A stretch of 64,000 bases of DNA. It comes from Pocillopora damicornis (lineage: Eukaryota). Location of the stretch: NCBI RefSeq assembly GCF_003704095.1, contig NW_020843606.1, positions 186,001-250,000 on the forward strand, read 5' to 3'. The position numbers and the translations under genes were made by a program. The notes beneath the pieces are model-generated. The model saw nothing but the letters and a program-made list of their open reading frames with translations. It ran no database searches and had not been told where the DNA came from. Shown here piece after piece: positions 24,871-37,340 of this stretch; the first letter of the stretch is position 1, and every line of letters starts with the position of its first letter.

Positions 24871-27154
24871 TCCGGTTAGTTATCTTTTTGACAACACTGA
24901 GAAGGTATTACTTGGCCGCAGTTAAATACGAATTTATCCTTGAGTGTCGACAATATCTCTCACGAGTGAGAGATACTATGAAATAGGTCCGCAATACGTA
25001 CATGTGTGGCTTACGAAATTGAGCTGCTTTTTTGTATCTGGTGTCTCATTGGGTTTCTATTAGAAGAGCTAATATCTGATTAAGATTAGATAGTTTTCAA
25101 TATTGATCCTGTTCATCAATAACACAAGATAACTAGCAAATAAACGTCCTGAATTGTTCATTCTGAAGATGAGAGTTATTGGCCAAACTTTGTTATAGAG
25201 GTCTCATTTTGACAACAAAGGTTGCACGCGTAACCTGAGGATTTTGGAAATGAAAAAACATCAACATAATCTCCCATAGTGGCCTGATAGATTCAGTCAT
25301 GATCATATTTACGTAACGATTGTAGGTTGATTGTCTTTTCCAAGGCAAGTGATGTGAAATGAACTCTAGGGAAGCATTTCATATGAATATTTTTAACATT
25401 TTGTGTACCAGTACAAGAGGACAAAACTTTGCAGAAGGGCAGGGACATTTGGGAAATGATGTAATCTACATTAGAAGCCATCGGTAGCTTGATTTGGTTT
25501 GAATGTATGACCAATTTTGGACAATACATACATGTAAAGTAACACAATGCTGATTGCAGGTTTCCTTTGTCCATTAGGGCATAAAGTTCAACTTTCAGTT
25601 GGTTGAGAGCAAAACGTTTATTATAATTATTGTATTTAGGTTTTGTGGGACTGTATTTTCAATAAAGAACACAGAAAAATTTAGTTCAGGTAGGTAGATA
25701 TGAGGTTGCAAATGGAAGAATCTAGGGGAAAAAGATAGGTGCATTACAAGATCAGAACACAAGCAATATTTTAATGAATTATATGTTGAGATAAGTACTC
25801 TGAAGTAACATTACATTAACGTTGCTAATAATTTTAAACCCAATAAGATTTACAATTTGACCTGGAGGTTTTATTTAACAGAAAGTTCAAAAGAGATAGA
25901 GTGTCACCATAATAGATTTCAGGAACAGTACTCAGAGACATAACTTAAACACAGCAGAGTTCAGTGTACAGGCAAGTGCATGATGGTATCATATGTTTAA
26001 ACTATCAGAAGCTTTCAAGTTTTCTTATTACTGAAAGTGTAATTTCATGCCAGTGAGTCAACCAAATTAAAGTTATGTGGATGAAATGTAATTTTCTTCC
26101 TGACCATGTGGTATAAACAGAAATTCAGGATAAACAACGTTCCGGTAAATGACTTACGTGAAAAGTGACCGCACAGAGAGTCAATAATGACTCCTAAGTT
26201 TCAATGTGGCGCGANNNNNNNNNNNNNNNNNNNNNNNNNNNNNNNNNNNNNNNNNNNNNNNNNNNNNNNNNNNNNNNNNNNNNNNNNNNNNNNNNNNNNN
26301 NNNNNNNNNNNNNNTTAAAACTTGAACTTGAAATTTTGTCTGATATTGCTCAAAACAAAATGTAAATCAACCGGATCCCTTATGAGCATTCCCTTCAAAA
26401 CTCCAGTTTTCCTTTTCCCTACATTGTTTTTCTTTTGTATTCTCATATTTTTCGTGACAAAGATAGTTTTTCTTAGAAATAGATTAATGATATTGTTCAT
26501 CAACTGATACAAGACTTCAAGTTCTCTTGAAAAGAGTGAGCCCCACAGATTTTCTTTGAAGAAATGTGAATTTATTCACATGTTTAATTCACTGTCCTAT
26601 TCGTGGCTGATACATGTATAGAATATAGTTCCATTATTCACGAGGAGAAAAAAAATTGAGGCAAAGTCATCTAGGTACACCTGATACAAAAATTAGCTTC
26701 CAGGTCTGCGCAATTTACAAGCCCTTGAGTTCAAACATTCTTTCTATCACATGCCTACGACTGGATACAACACAATAAATTTATCTCTATAAGATATATT
26801 TGAGATACATGAAAAAAGTAATTGTAAGCTTTCTGTACAGTTTGCAGAACCGAAAAAATAAAACTGTTAAGGAAATAAAAATAGGCTACTCGTATCAGAG
26901 TAGAGGAGACTGAATAAAATGGGAATTGTATAAGATATATCTGAGATACATTAAAAAATTAATTTTTAGCTTTATGTACAGTTTGCACAGCCGAAAAAGT
27001 AAAACTGTAGAGGAAATGAAAAACAGTCTACTTCTATTAGGTTACAGGGGACTAATTAAAGTGGCAATTTGTTGCTTGCAAAATGTGATATAAAAATAAA
27101 AGTGCATTTTGAGATCTTAACATGAAATCGAGGAGCTACAAAAATATACCTATT

Positions 27155-27961
27155 CTAAACTACTCGGTCTTCTTGTTTGGCCCGATGTAAACGGAGTAGA
27201 TTACGAATTTCCAAAATGGAAAGTACTATTGCTATGCCATTCTTGGCAATGAAGATCAACTCGTCTTTGCCAAACATAAAGAACACCACCGCACGAATAA
27301 TCAAGAATGGTAGATTTACGAAAGCTATTTGAACAATATTGCGGCATAATGCGGTACGGATACGAATTTCCGGCCCCTCTCCGGTAAGTTTGATTTCTAC
27401 CATTTGCCAAGGAGATTCCAATATACTGAGGCAAGCTAACACGATCATTGCTGTACTGAAAGCTTTGGGTATTCCAAACTCGTGCTCTCTTTCTTCTAAC
27501 ACGATATCTATCATCTCGATTCCATCGAACAGATCGACGGCCATGGGAAAACACAACTTGGAAACAATCTCTCTTTCTTCGTTGTCTGAATCATCGAGAT
27601 CGCCTGTGTTTAGCAACAGTAGTAGCAGAAGTGGTGTAATGCACAGAACCATCTTCAATACATTTGGTCCTAAAAACTCGGTCTTGTCGATTCTATCTCC
27701 GACTTTTCCAAATACCATTGCGATGTTTACAACCAAAGCCATAATATACAGGCCCCAAATTCGAAAGAGGCAACCAAGGTACAGCGCTTTGAAAATTAGA
27801 AGAAGAACCCAAACAAAAACTGCTGGGCCAAAGGAAAAGGCCATAAAATACCAATTGGATGTGCCTTCATACTTCCCGAGGTAAGCAGATAAAAACATGC
27901 TCTGTGTAGTCATCAGACAAAAGAAAGCCAATCGTCCGAGCCATATTATAAACGAAGCCAT
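27155..27961 (-). CDS. TMEM121/CECR6-like protein, subfamily D (268 aa from MASF; the ORF-track extension uses a non-ATG start)
   Basis: Intact ORF with LCITPLLLLLLL, VDLFDGIEM, VNLPFLIIR and IFIAKN. Confidence 0.82.
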   Translation of the reverse strand: MASFIIWLGRLAFFCLMTTQSMFLSAYLGKYEGTSNWYFMAFSFGPAVFVWVLLLIFKALYLGCLFRIWGLYIMALVVNIAMVFGKVGDRIDKTEFLGPNVLKMVLCITPLLLLLLLNTGDLDDSDNEEREIVSKLCFPMAVDLFDGIEMIDIVLEEREHEFGIPKAFSTAMIVLACLSILESPWQMVEIKLTGEGPEIRIRTALCRNIVQIAFVNLPFLIIRAVVFFMFGKDELIFIAKNGIAIVLSILEIRNLLRLHRAKQEDRVV

Positions 27962-28288
27962 TATTTTATGTATGAAAGCTGTCTGAAACTGGAAGAGGCA
28001 AATTGTGCTGACTAATGCAATAGGAATTGATACCGTATATTTGCATGAAAAATTAAGCAGCGAATGAAATAACGCCACAAAGATCTTGATCAAATGATGC
28101 TAAAGGGAATTACCCCAATATTTCAGAAGGTCACATGCAAAGACTGATTGCATAAGTAATTTGGTCACTGCTGGGGACTTGATATTCCNNNNNNNNNNNN
28201 NNNNNNNNNNNNNNNNNNNNNNNNNNNNNNNNNNNNNNNNNNNNNNNNNNNNNNNNNNNNNNNNNNNNNNNNNNNNNNNNNNNNNNNN

Positions 28289-28622
28289 AGAGCACGACTT
28301 TGGAATACCCAAAGCATTCAGTACAGCAATGATCGTGTTGGCTTGCCTCAGCATGTTGGTATCTCCCTGGCAAATGGCAGAAAACAAACTCACTAAAGAT
28401 GGGCCAAAAATTCGCTTCCGTACCGCATTATACCGCAGTATTGTTCAAATAGTTTTCGTTAATCTACCATTCTTGGTTATTCGTGCGGTGGTGTTCTTTA
28501 TGTTTGGCAAAGACGAGTCCATCTTCATTGCCAAGAATGGCATAGCAATAGTACTTTCCATTTTGGAAATTCGTAATCTTCTCTGTTTACGTCGGGTTGA
28601 ACAAGAAGACCAAGCAGTTTAG
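28289..28622 (+). CDS. TMEM121-like subfamily D, C-terminal part after a gap
   Basis: EHDFGIPKAFSTAM...VNLPFLVIR...IFIAKN, open to the stop. Inverted relative to 27155-27961. Confidence 0.7.
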
Positions 28623-29900
28623 AAAAGGTATATTTTTGTAGCTCCTCGATTTCATCTTAAGATCTCAAAATCCACTTCTATTTTGTATTACATTTTGCAA
28701 GAGACATTCCCAGTTTAAGTGGTCTCCTGTAACCTGATAGAAGTAGACTATTTTTTGTTTCCTTTATAGTTTTATGTTTTCGGTTCTGCAAACTGTACAT
28801 AAAGCTTACAATTGCTTTTTTCATGTGTCTGAAATATATCTTATAGAGATCGGTTTATTGTGTTGTATATAGTCGTATACATGTGATAGAAAGAACTTTG
28901 AATTCTAGGGCGTGTGAATTGCGCAGACCTGGAAGCTAATTTTTGTATCAGGTGTACCTAGATGACTTTGCCTCAATTATTTTTCTCCTCGTGAATAATG
29001 GAACTATATTCTACATGCATCAGTCACGAATAGGACAGTGAATTTAACATGTGAATAAATTCACATTTATTCAAAGAAGTCCTGTGAGGTTAAATCTTTT
29101 GAGGAGAACTTGAAGTCTTGGATCAGTTAATGGACAATATCATTAATCTATATCAAAAGAAAACATGTAAAACTATAATATTAATAGTAAAGCAAGCTTA
29201 TAACGGCAGAAATCACCAGAAACTACAACGGACACACAGGATGTGAGTAAGTTTTAATGATTTTACGCGTAAAATGTTTTCTATTTCGAAATATTTATCG
29301 TTGTAAATCGACCATATTTCGTTCCTCGTACAACTCCTTATAACGTGTTTAAATTTTCAACGGTTCCTCTTGTAACTTATCCCCGAGTCACACAACGCGT
29401 GACGCTTTCATGAATTAATCATTGGCTTTTTCTCGAGATGTGAGTTTGAGCCTCCTGTGATGTATTCAACCCTTCACTAGATGTTTAAAGTATTTTAAGC
29501 AACCCAAGCATGGTCAGGCTTTCTGAAAACTCAGCGGGGCTCATAATGTAAAAGAGGAAGTAAGTTTGTTTCCTTTAAAAAGCTTTGCGGGAATGAAGCG
29601 GGGAGGGGATAAGGAGCATTGTTTCATGTAAACATACTTAACAAAGGGTGCCAACGTCGCCATTCTCCCCTCCCTCTCCCCTCTTTTGTTTACGTTAGGT
29701 GACATACTAAACCGCAAATCAGGCACACCCACGCTATTGTGTTAAAACAAAAAAAATAATTTGCAATCCGACTCCGCCGAACGGCTGAAGGATAAACAAA
29801 CTACAAAAATTAACTACTTTGCAAAGGAGGTTAAAGTTGTCAAATATGCGATCGTGCTTTAATTGGACAGTTAGTCCTTCTTGTTTCCTAGACTTCCTAA

Positions 29901-30659
29901 CTAATCCTTACAACACTGAAAGATCTCCAAAATCCCATGAATGATCAAAATGCCATTCTTGGCGATGAAAATTGACGCATTTCTCTTGAACTTAAAGAAC
30001 AGAGCCAAACGAAGGCCTAAAAACACACAATTACCGAGTAAAATCTGAAGGGTGATACGAATGACGGCTAAGTACTTGTAAATAGACGTGTCCAAAAACC
30101 TGTTCTCCTCCAATTGAAAATGCGAAAGCATAAAACTTATGCAGACGAAGGCAATGATAGCGTTCTCAAAGCTCCTGGGAATGCTAACTTCACTTTCCTC
30201 CAGAATAACTTGCAGCATTTCAATTCCGTCGAAGAGATCTAATGTTATTTGGAAGGCCAGCTTTAATACGAGCTCTCTGCCTTTACTTTCTATTTCAAAT
30301 GTGTTAAGCAACAGCAGCAAAAGGAGCGGTGTTAGGCAAAGGGTCATGGTCAAGACATCTGGTCCAAAGAACAAATCCTTCTCGATTTTTTCTTTGATTC
30401 GCCCAAATATTACTCCAATTATGGGCACTAAAGCAAGCCATACGTACAGACCCCAAACGGAAAATACCCAGGTGATGAGCTTTTCATTGCACACGACGAG
30501 AAACCAGAGAATCAAGGATGGGATGTAGAGAAGAAGTAAAGCATACCAGCCATTTTGATTTTCGTAGCGTGCTGGATACGAAGCGAAGGAGATATACTGA
30601 AGGATCATCACGATGAAGAAGGCAGTACGTGCAACCCAAGCCAACAGCGAATGAGTCAT
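29901..30659 (-). CDS. TMEM121/CECR6-like protein, subfamily C (252 aa from MTHSLL)
   Basis: Intact ORF with LCLTPLLLLLLL, LDLFDGIEM, GNCVFLGLR and IFIAKN. Confidence 0.82.
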   Translation of the reverse strand: MTHSLLAWVARTAFFIVMILQYISFASYPARYENQNGWYALLLLYIPSLILWFLVVCNEKLITWVFSVWGLYVWLALVPIIGVIFGRIKEKIEKDLFFGPDVLTMTLCLTPLLLLLLLNTFEIESKGRELVLKLAFQITLDLFDGIEMLQVILEESEVSIPRSFENAIIAFVCISFMLSHFQLEENRFLDTSIYKYLAVIRITLQILLGNCVFLGLRLALFFKFKRNASIFIAKNGILIIHGILEIFQCCKD

Positions 30660-31572
30660 TTTGAAACTCAAATTGCTGTTGTTGCTGTTGTAGACTTAAA
30701 AGGACTGCTTATACACTGAGAAACTCCGTTCACCCCGGAATGAGGACTTCAAATTTATAATCATTCTAACGACGTGTCATTTGAACCAACTTCCTGCGTT
30801 TCTCGGAAAAAAAAGTTATCAAAGACCAACGGATTTCAAGTTTTCCTAGAAAGCCTATTGACCTTATGTACCCCATTATCAAAAATCCTTCCGTTTCTGT
30901 CACGGCAAATACCGGTAACAAAATTACTCAACTAACAAGGCCATTTGCATGTATATTATGCATCGATGTATCATTGCTCCCAAACATACATTTCAAGCCG
31001 CTTAGATCAATACAACCCCATGTTTCTTAAAGTAAAGCAGAAATGAGTTTGTCCGCCAATACAGACGGTCGTTTCTTCTACTTTCTTATTTGACGTTACT
31101 ACTACTCAACCAACAGTGTTAGTTGACAAAGAAAAGCATGCACGGATTAGATAACGGACTAAAAGGCACCCAACCTACAGTAGAACATGAAAAATAAAGC
31201 GGCTAATAACAATAAGCTGTGACTTAAATGGCAATAGCCACGATTTTTGGTACAACCTTAAGTCGCCGTTCCTCTATCTTTTTATGTAATCGACACCAAA
31301 TTGATTTCTATAACGACATTAGACATGTATGATTAACCGTTCTACGTTACCGCGCAGAAAATATTTATGCAATTTCGAAGAAAAGAATCGGCTTTAATTT
31401 TGTGAATCAACTTTAGCGCCCTGCAAGAGGACCTCAAAACCGAAAAAAAAATCATACTTTAAAATGATTCAAAAAAGGGGGGGAAAGACAAGACATTAGT
31501 TTTTATTACATCCATTTTGGATGTAATAAATATCTGGTGTTCCTTGAAATCTGACTGGTTCCCATTGGTGCG

Positions 31573-32340
31573 ATTTGTTCACAAATAGCACCTTTTATAT
31601 CTAAATCGCATCTTTTATGAGGAAGCTTTATTTTAATAAACAGTCCGGGATCGATATCAGATTCGCATGACCCAAACCAAACCAAAATAGTAACCAATCG
31701 CTGCTCAGATTCACGTTCATGTGACATCTTACTGAGGCAACAATAATATATTAAACTTGGCGTCCTAAGGCTGAACCACACTGGGTGTACTAAACCGACT
31801 GTTTTTCGACTGAAAATTGTGATTGTAGCTAAAATTGTACAAATGGAAGGATAAAATTTCGGACCGTTATTAGATTTGAAAAACATAATATTTTCTTCTT
31901 CTTTTTTCCACTGTGTAAATGAAAGGGTTGTTGAAAGCTTCTCGAAGCAAGTAAAAAGTTGGGAAATCTATACTGCTATGGCCGCATCCACTCCTTCCTC
32001 TTCCATTTCTGATTTGTTCGATGAAAGGCATCTCTCCGCCTCTCCGTGATGTTCCTCGCTGCAATGGAATGCCAAGCCTTAAGGTGGATTATAAAAGCGT
32101 TAATTGAAACCTATTCTGGACCAGGAATATGCAAGTCAAGAGGAAATGTACAAACAGAATGGTGACTCAGCTATTGAATCTATTACAGCAGAGAGAAGAA
32201 ACATATGTCTCCAACAATAAACAATAATACTCAAATTCAAGGGGTTCATCAAGGAACACCAACAGAGAATGAAAACTTTCTAAAGCTACAAAATGTCCTA
32301 GCCCTAGTGCAAGACAATTTATAGAACAAAGACTTCGAGC
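31573..32340 (+). repeat. Direct duplicate of ~16994-17778 containing the 5' remnant of the TRIM-like pseudogene (ATG 31978)
   Basis: Colinear high identity, e.g. GTAACCAATCGCTGCTCAGATTCACGTTCATGTGACATCTTACTGAGGCAAC and ATGGCCGCATCCACTCC. Confidence 0.85.
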
Positions 32341-34111
32341 AAGACTTCGTTGGATGAAATAATCTCAATGAAGGGCAAAATTAAATAACCTATATTTCAT
32401 TCAAAACATGAAAGAAAACTTCCATTGGTAAATTATAGCATGGAGAAAAGTAAGAACAATTTGTTTCATAACACTTTTTGCAATGTTGAAAATCATCTTA
32501 TCATCAGAACATAAGAATAATCACATAAAACTACCTCAATCAAGGCCATTCAAGAAGATTCATTATTTTCAAATAAACAAATACAGTAAAAGTGGGGAAA
32601 CAATTAAAATTGCTTTTGCAGCTAGAAACTAAATCTTAGACTCATAACTCAGGTGAAATGAAGCAAAATGTTAACACCCGATGCCATGGTCGGAGCAGTT
32701 ACACAGTTTTATGTAAGTCAACAATAATAATGGAAATGATGACCCAGATATGCAGAAGGAAATGTTCAGTGATTGAACATAAACTTCATGATCATGATCT
32801 TTCAGAATAAAAGTTCCTGCTCAGCGTGCATATCCTGTTTAAGTTCACTGACACACTGAATTAAATTGACACACTAATTTGAAGCACAGTGAAATATCTG
32901 TAAAGAGATATTAGGGATTTATTGAAACAAAACAATAAAATACAATACAAAAAGTCCAAAAGACCATCTAAAAAAATAACATAAAATATTATATTTATTT
33001 ATGCTTTCAGTAAGTCATATGTAAGGCAGATGAATTGATAGTTCCTTGACACAACATGGAATTGAATTTGTTGGAAACCTAACACCTGCATCTCATTAAT
33101 TTTCATGAAACGATACTTAAACAATTCAACACATTTGTTGTCTGCTTTTTCTAAATTGCGATTAAATCTGGACTTTGATAGATGAAGGAATAGCCATGAA
33201 GAGGATATGCTACAGTATGTACCACTAAAACCAAATTATATTTTTGTTTATTGAAACCCAATTTAGTTTATTTACATTTCATGTCTATAAAAAAAACTAC
33301 TTGCGTACTTGAATTGGTAAAAAAAAAANNNNNNNNNNNNNNNNNNNNNNNNNNNNNNNNNNNNNNNNNNNNNNNNNNNNNNNNNNNNNNNNNNNNNNNN
33401 NNNNNNNNNNNNNNNNNNNNNNNNNNNNCAACAACACCGAAGCTTTTTCAACGCAATTGTGTTTATTTACAATTAGAGCAAATACTAACTCGTTACACCT
33501 CCAAAAACAGAAAGTACAATTTTTGAGTGGCAAAATAAATAATACTTCGCAAAGAGAAATCTTCTCACAAACACAAATGTTGCAGTAACATAAACAGGCC
33601 CCAAACTGATGAATGAGACCCTCTTGCCTCGTCAGCACTATTTTGTACAATACTTCTGTTTTAATTGTGTGTAAGGCGCTGTCGCCTGCAGCTAAATCGG
33701 AGTGTCATCCCCTAATTTTATTCACAATATTTCATTTCGTTCCGTTTCTTTAGCGCCTTTGAACATTGAACATTAAAATAACTAACGTGCAAAGATCATG
33801 AACGAGGTAGGCAATGCTTACAATTTCTAAAACCTTTTTATTTTCGTTTTCCTTCCAGAAAAAAAAATTATTATTTGCTAAAATTCGACTCTGTCAAAAA
33901 AAGTTGGACTGATAGCTGATGATGATTTGAAAGACCCGAGAGATATCTTGTTTTAATGATGAGGTGTGATCGTACTTTCAGTTTCAAACTTAACAAGCGG
34001 CTGTTGATAATCGTCGAAATACATCCTCCTTAAAAAGTCTCAGTTTCCTTTCCTTAGATGCAATTTCAAATCGAATACGTCTCTCTGTTCAGTTAATTTC
34101 ACATACTCAAA

Positions 34112-34894
34112 TTAGCTCTGTCGGATCCAGTAGATCTGCATTGCTGAGAGAAAGATGAAGATCACATTCTTCATGATGAAGAGGGACTCATTCTCATCTT
34201 TGTTGTACTTTATAACAACTACCAGTCGCATTACCATGAACGCCAAATTTACAAAGATGATTTGCAAAACATTTGCGAGGATTACCACTCCTTTGCGAGG
34301 GGAAACGGTCCCTTCTTTGAGTTTATTCTTCGCAATTTGCAGCAGAGTCAACAGAAAGCTCCCGCACGCCACTGCTACAATCGCATATCCAAACTCTTTT
34401 GGGATTCCGTGACTGTTCTCTCTCTCATCGAGCACAATATCCAACATCTCGACGCCATCGACTAGATCTATTGTTGTCACGATTGACAGCGACCAGACCA
34501 GGGTTGTATACTTTTCATGTTCACCCAAATCACTCGCTGTATTCACCAGAATGAGAAAGACAACAGGGGTGATGCAAAGGATCACTTTCAAACAGGTCGG
34601 GCTGAGAAAATTATTCTTGTCGAGTACGTCTCCACACAATGCAAAAATGATGACGATGTAAGGGATCAAACCGAAAAAAACGTAAAGACCCCACGTACGG
34701 AACACTTTATGGAGTTTTGTTGCAGTAGTCAAACAAAAGACATAGTAAACCAGAGTGGGAGAAAATAACAGTAGCAAGGGCATCAGACGAAAATCATCCT
34801 TATACCAGACAGGAAAGGCTGTCAGGAACCCACACTGGACGAACAGAAGAAGAAAGGCCAGAAAACGACCGACCAAAACAAATCTGCAATCCAT
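34112..34894 (-). CDS. TMEM121/CECR6-like protein, subfamily E (260 aa)
   Basis: Intact close paralog of 21778-22548 with IDLVDGVEM, VNLAFMVMR and FIMKN. Confidence 0.82.
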   Translation of the reverse strand: MDCRFVLVGRFLAFLLLFVQCGFLTAFPVWYKDDFRLMPLLLLFSPTLVYYVFCLTTATKLHKVFRTWGLYVFFGLIPYIVIIFALCGDVLDKNNFLSPTCLKVILCITPVVFLILVNTASDLGEHEKYTTLVWSLSIVTTIDLVDGVEMLDIVLDERENSHGIPKEFGYAIVAVACGSFLLTLLQIAKNKLKEGTVSPRKGVVILANVLQIIFVNLAFMVMRLVVVIKYNKDENESLFIMKNVIFIFLSAMQIYWIRQS

Positions 34895-36299
34895 TCTTCG
34901 CTTTTCTCTTTAAATTAAAGGGTTGTGTCTTTGTCGAAGGCTATATAGTTTTGAAATCTGCAGTGTAATCGTTTTCGATTCGGAAATTACGTTATCTAAA
35001 AAACATCTGCAAGGGAAACATCCCTAGTAGTAATTAACTTCTTTTTCGTCATAAAATGCTTAGGGTTAGGGTTACGGCTAGGGCACAAACAAATTACTAG
35101 CTATAGAGGTAAATAAGCCACAGCTTGTATTTTTTGCAGGAAGTTTCGTTTCTGAAGGGGAGCTTCCCGAACACATTTGTTTCATTGCACCATCACCGAA
35201 AATGAGATTCATGAATGTTCCTTTTAAAATTGGTAAAGTTCCCAGTTTCATTTTCGATGGTATTATCAATGGTATTATCAGGGAATGACGAAATTGTGGA
35301 AATGAACATAACAACGGAGAACAAGTTCTCGCATTGGTTCGCATTTTTCATCATTAGCCGAGAATCTATAAAATACGCTCATTCCCTGTCCGCGATCAAA
35401 GTAAAAAATTTCAAAGAAATCCCCGACAAGCAGTAAATTCATGGGTTGCGAGCTCGTCCCTAGGGTCTCCTCTCTTCCAGACGAAAAAAAAAGACAAGGG
35501 AGATGTCCCCTGGGACTTTACCTGGAAGCGAGGTTGAATTTACCGGTTTTCGTGAAATAATTTCCTTAAAGGATTCCCCGATCATGGCAACAAGAACGAC
35601 TTATGATTACTAAAAAAATCAAGCAAGAGGTCAACTGCTTTATTTTAAGATTTGGGCAAATTTTTCTCCAATGTTTCTTTGTAACAAAGAAAGTCAAAAC
35701 GTTAAAAAATACTGATAAGAACTGGTACAGGTTTTACTAATTTAGACTCAGAGAGTGCCTTTGATACAAATTAAAGCTACATATTTTTTCGCTGACAGAA
35801 GGATACAATTTATCTAGTTTCAGTTTAAATAGAATTTCATAGTAGAGGATTCAATACCAGACTAATGAACTCAGGATACAATTCCACCAATGGAAATGGT
35901 ATCATATGATACACAGGTGATAGAGTCATAGATCTCGTCGGAGTTATTTTATCCATTGAATTTCAACACCTGGTGTATGAATGAATTCTTAAAAACTGAA
36001 ATATACGCCTTAATTTTAAAGCTTTCAAACACACGCTCTTCATTGAAATATATTGGTAAATTAGAGGAGAAAGAATATCACTCTGCAGACGATGTCAATG
36101 CCACAGTTACAATTCACTCTTGGTTCTTAATCCAGTAAATCTGTTAGGCAGATAGAAAGGTGGCGATTCCATTCTTTCAATGGAAATAGACTCGTCTTTG
36201 ACTTGTATTTGATAAACATTACTAGACGCATAATCATGAATGGCAAATTCACCAGAACAATCCGAAAAAAGTCACCGCTTTTTCACGAGGCGAAAAGCT

Positions 36300-36620
36300 T
36301 CCATCAATGTTGCCGTGATCGTTCTCCACCATTTGTAACAGGGTAAACAGAAAACTCAAGGAAGTCATGACAATATGGAACCAATCCTGTTTCAAACTCT
36401 TTCGAAATTCCGACACTATTTTCCTTGCCGTCGATTACAATGCCCAAGACATCTACTCCGAAAAGAGCGATAGTTGAACTGAACGGACAACACCGTTGCT
36501 AACCGCTGGTACTCTTGAGATGCGTCCAAATTGATGGCTGTATTCATTGAAAACCGAAAAAAACAAAAGGTGTAATGCAAAGATCACTCTTACATTGTTC
36601 GGCCCAAGAAAGCCGTACTT
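36300..36620 (-). pseudogene. TMEM121-like subfamily F fragment
   Basis: Reverse strand reads GFLG...ITPF...MNTAINLDASQEYQRLATVLSVQ...GKENSVGISKEF with frameshifts. Confidence 0.65.
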
Positions 36621-37340
36621 ATACTTAAGCTGTATTACACTCTTATTGTTCTTGCGTTGACCCTATGTTGTTAATATGAATCCTAATATACGATGAGACG
36701 GACGCGACGTGATACAGTCAGTTTCTTCACACAACGGATCAACCATGAGCATTCTTGATATCTTCTGTGCTGTTGTCACTTTTGTTTTCCTCCCTCTCTC
36801 TCTTTTGTCTTTCTGCATTTGTCTGCGACGGAAATCGAGACAGTCACGTCAGAAGAAGGTCACGTCACGCAATCTTCTCTCGTTTTCCATCATTTGCAAC
36901 ATGGTCAAGATTTGACTCCGTCAGGCATTATCAACAGTTTTTCGTCTTTTCAAGTAAGCCACCAGAAGCTCTTTCAAACACAGCTAATGTTTCATTTGCG
37001 AGAGATACTTTAGATTTCTTACAATTTTGGTTGAAAAATTACTCTATAACTTTGTTCTTTCGTGAGAGGCAATGAGACAGAACATAAACACCACCTCCGA
37101 GCTTCAATTTTCTCAGGTTGATATCCGTGGACGAAGCAAAGATTTTTCAAGGAAGAAAGCGGAGGTATTGCGGCTACAAATTTGCGCGCGTCTCACGTGT
37201 TGGCTTTTAATTTTACCGTTGCGTTACACCCAAAGTAAGCCCTCTGAGTATCGATTTCCGTGTTAACCTGACGCGTGGAAAAGACTGGAAACGAGTTGTG
37301 GAAAGAACAGGTTGAGCAATCTTTTGAGCAAACTTGAAAT

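Noticed and set aside
7926-34894. Calling the ~7-TM proteins GPCRs or opsins
   Set aside because: No DRY, NPxxY or CWxP motifs; the conserved motifs fit TMEM121/CECR6 instead.
35060-35074. TTAGGGTTAGGGTTA telomere-like repeat
   Set aside because: Only 2.5 units; too short for an interstitial telomere.
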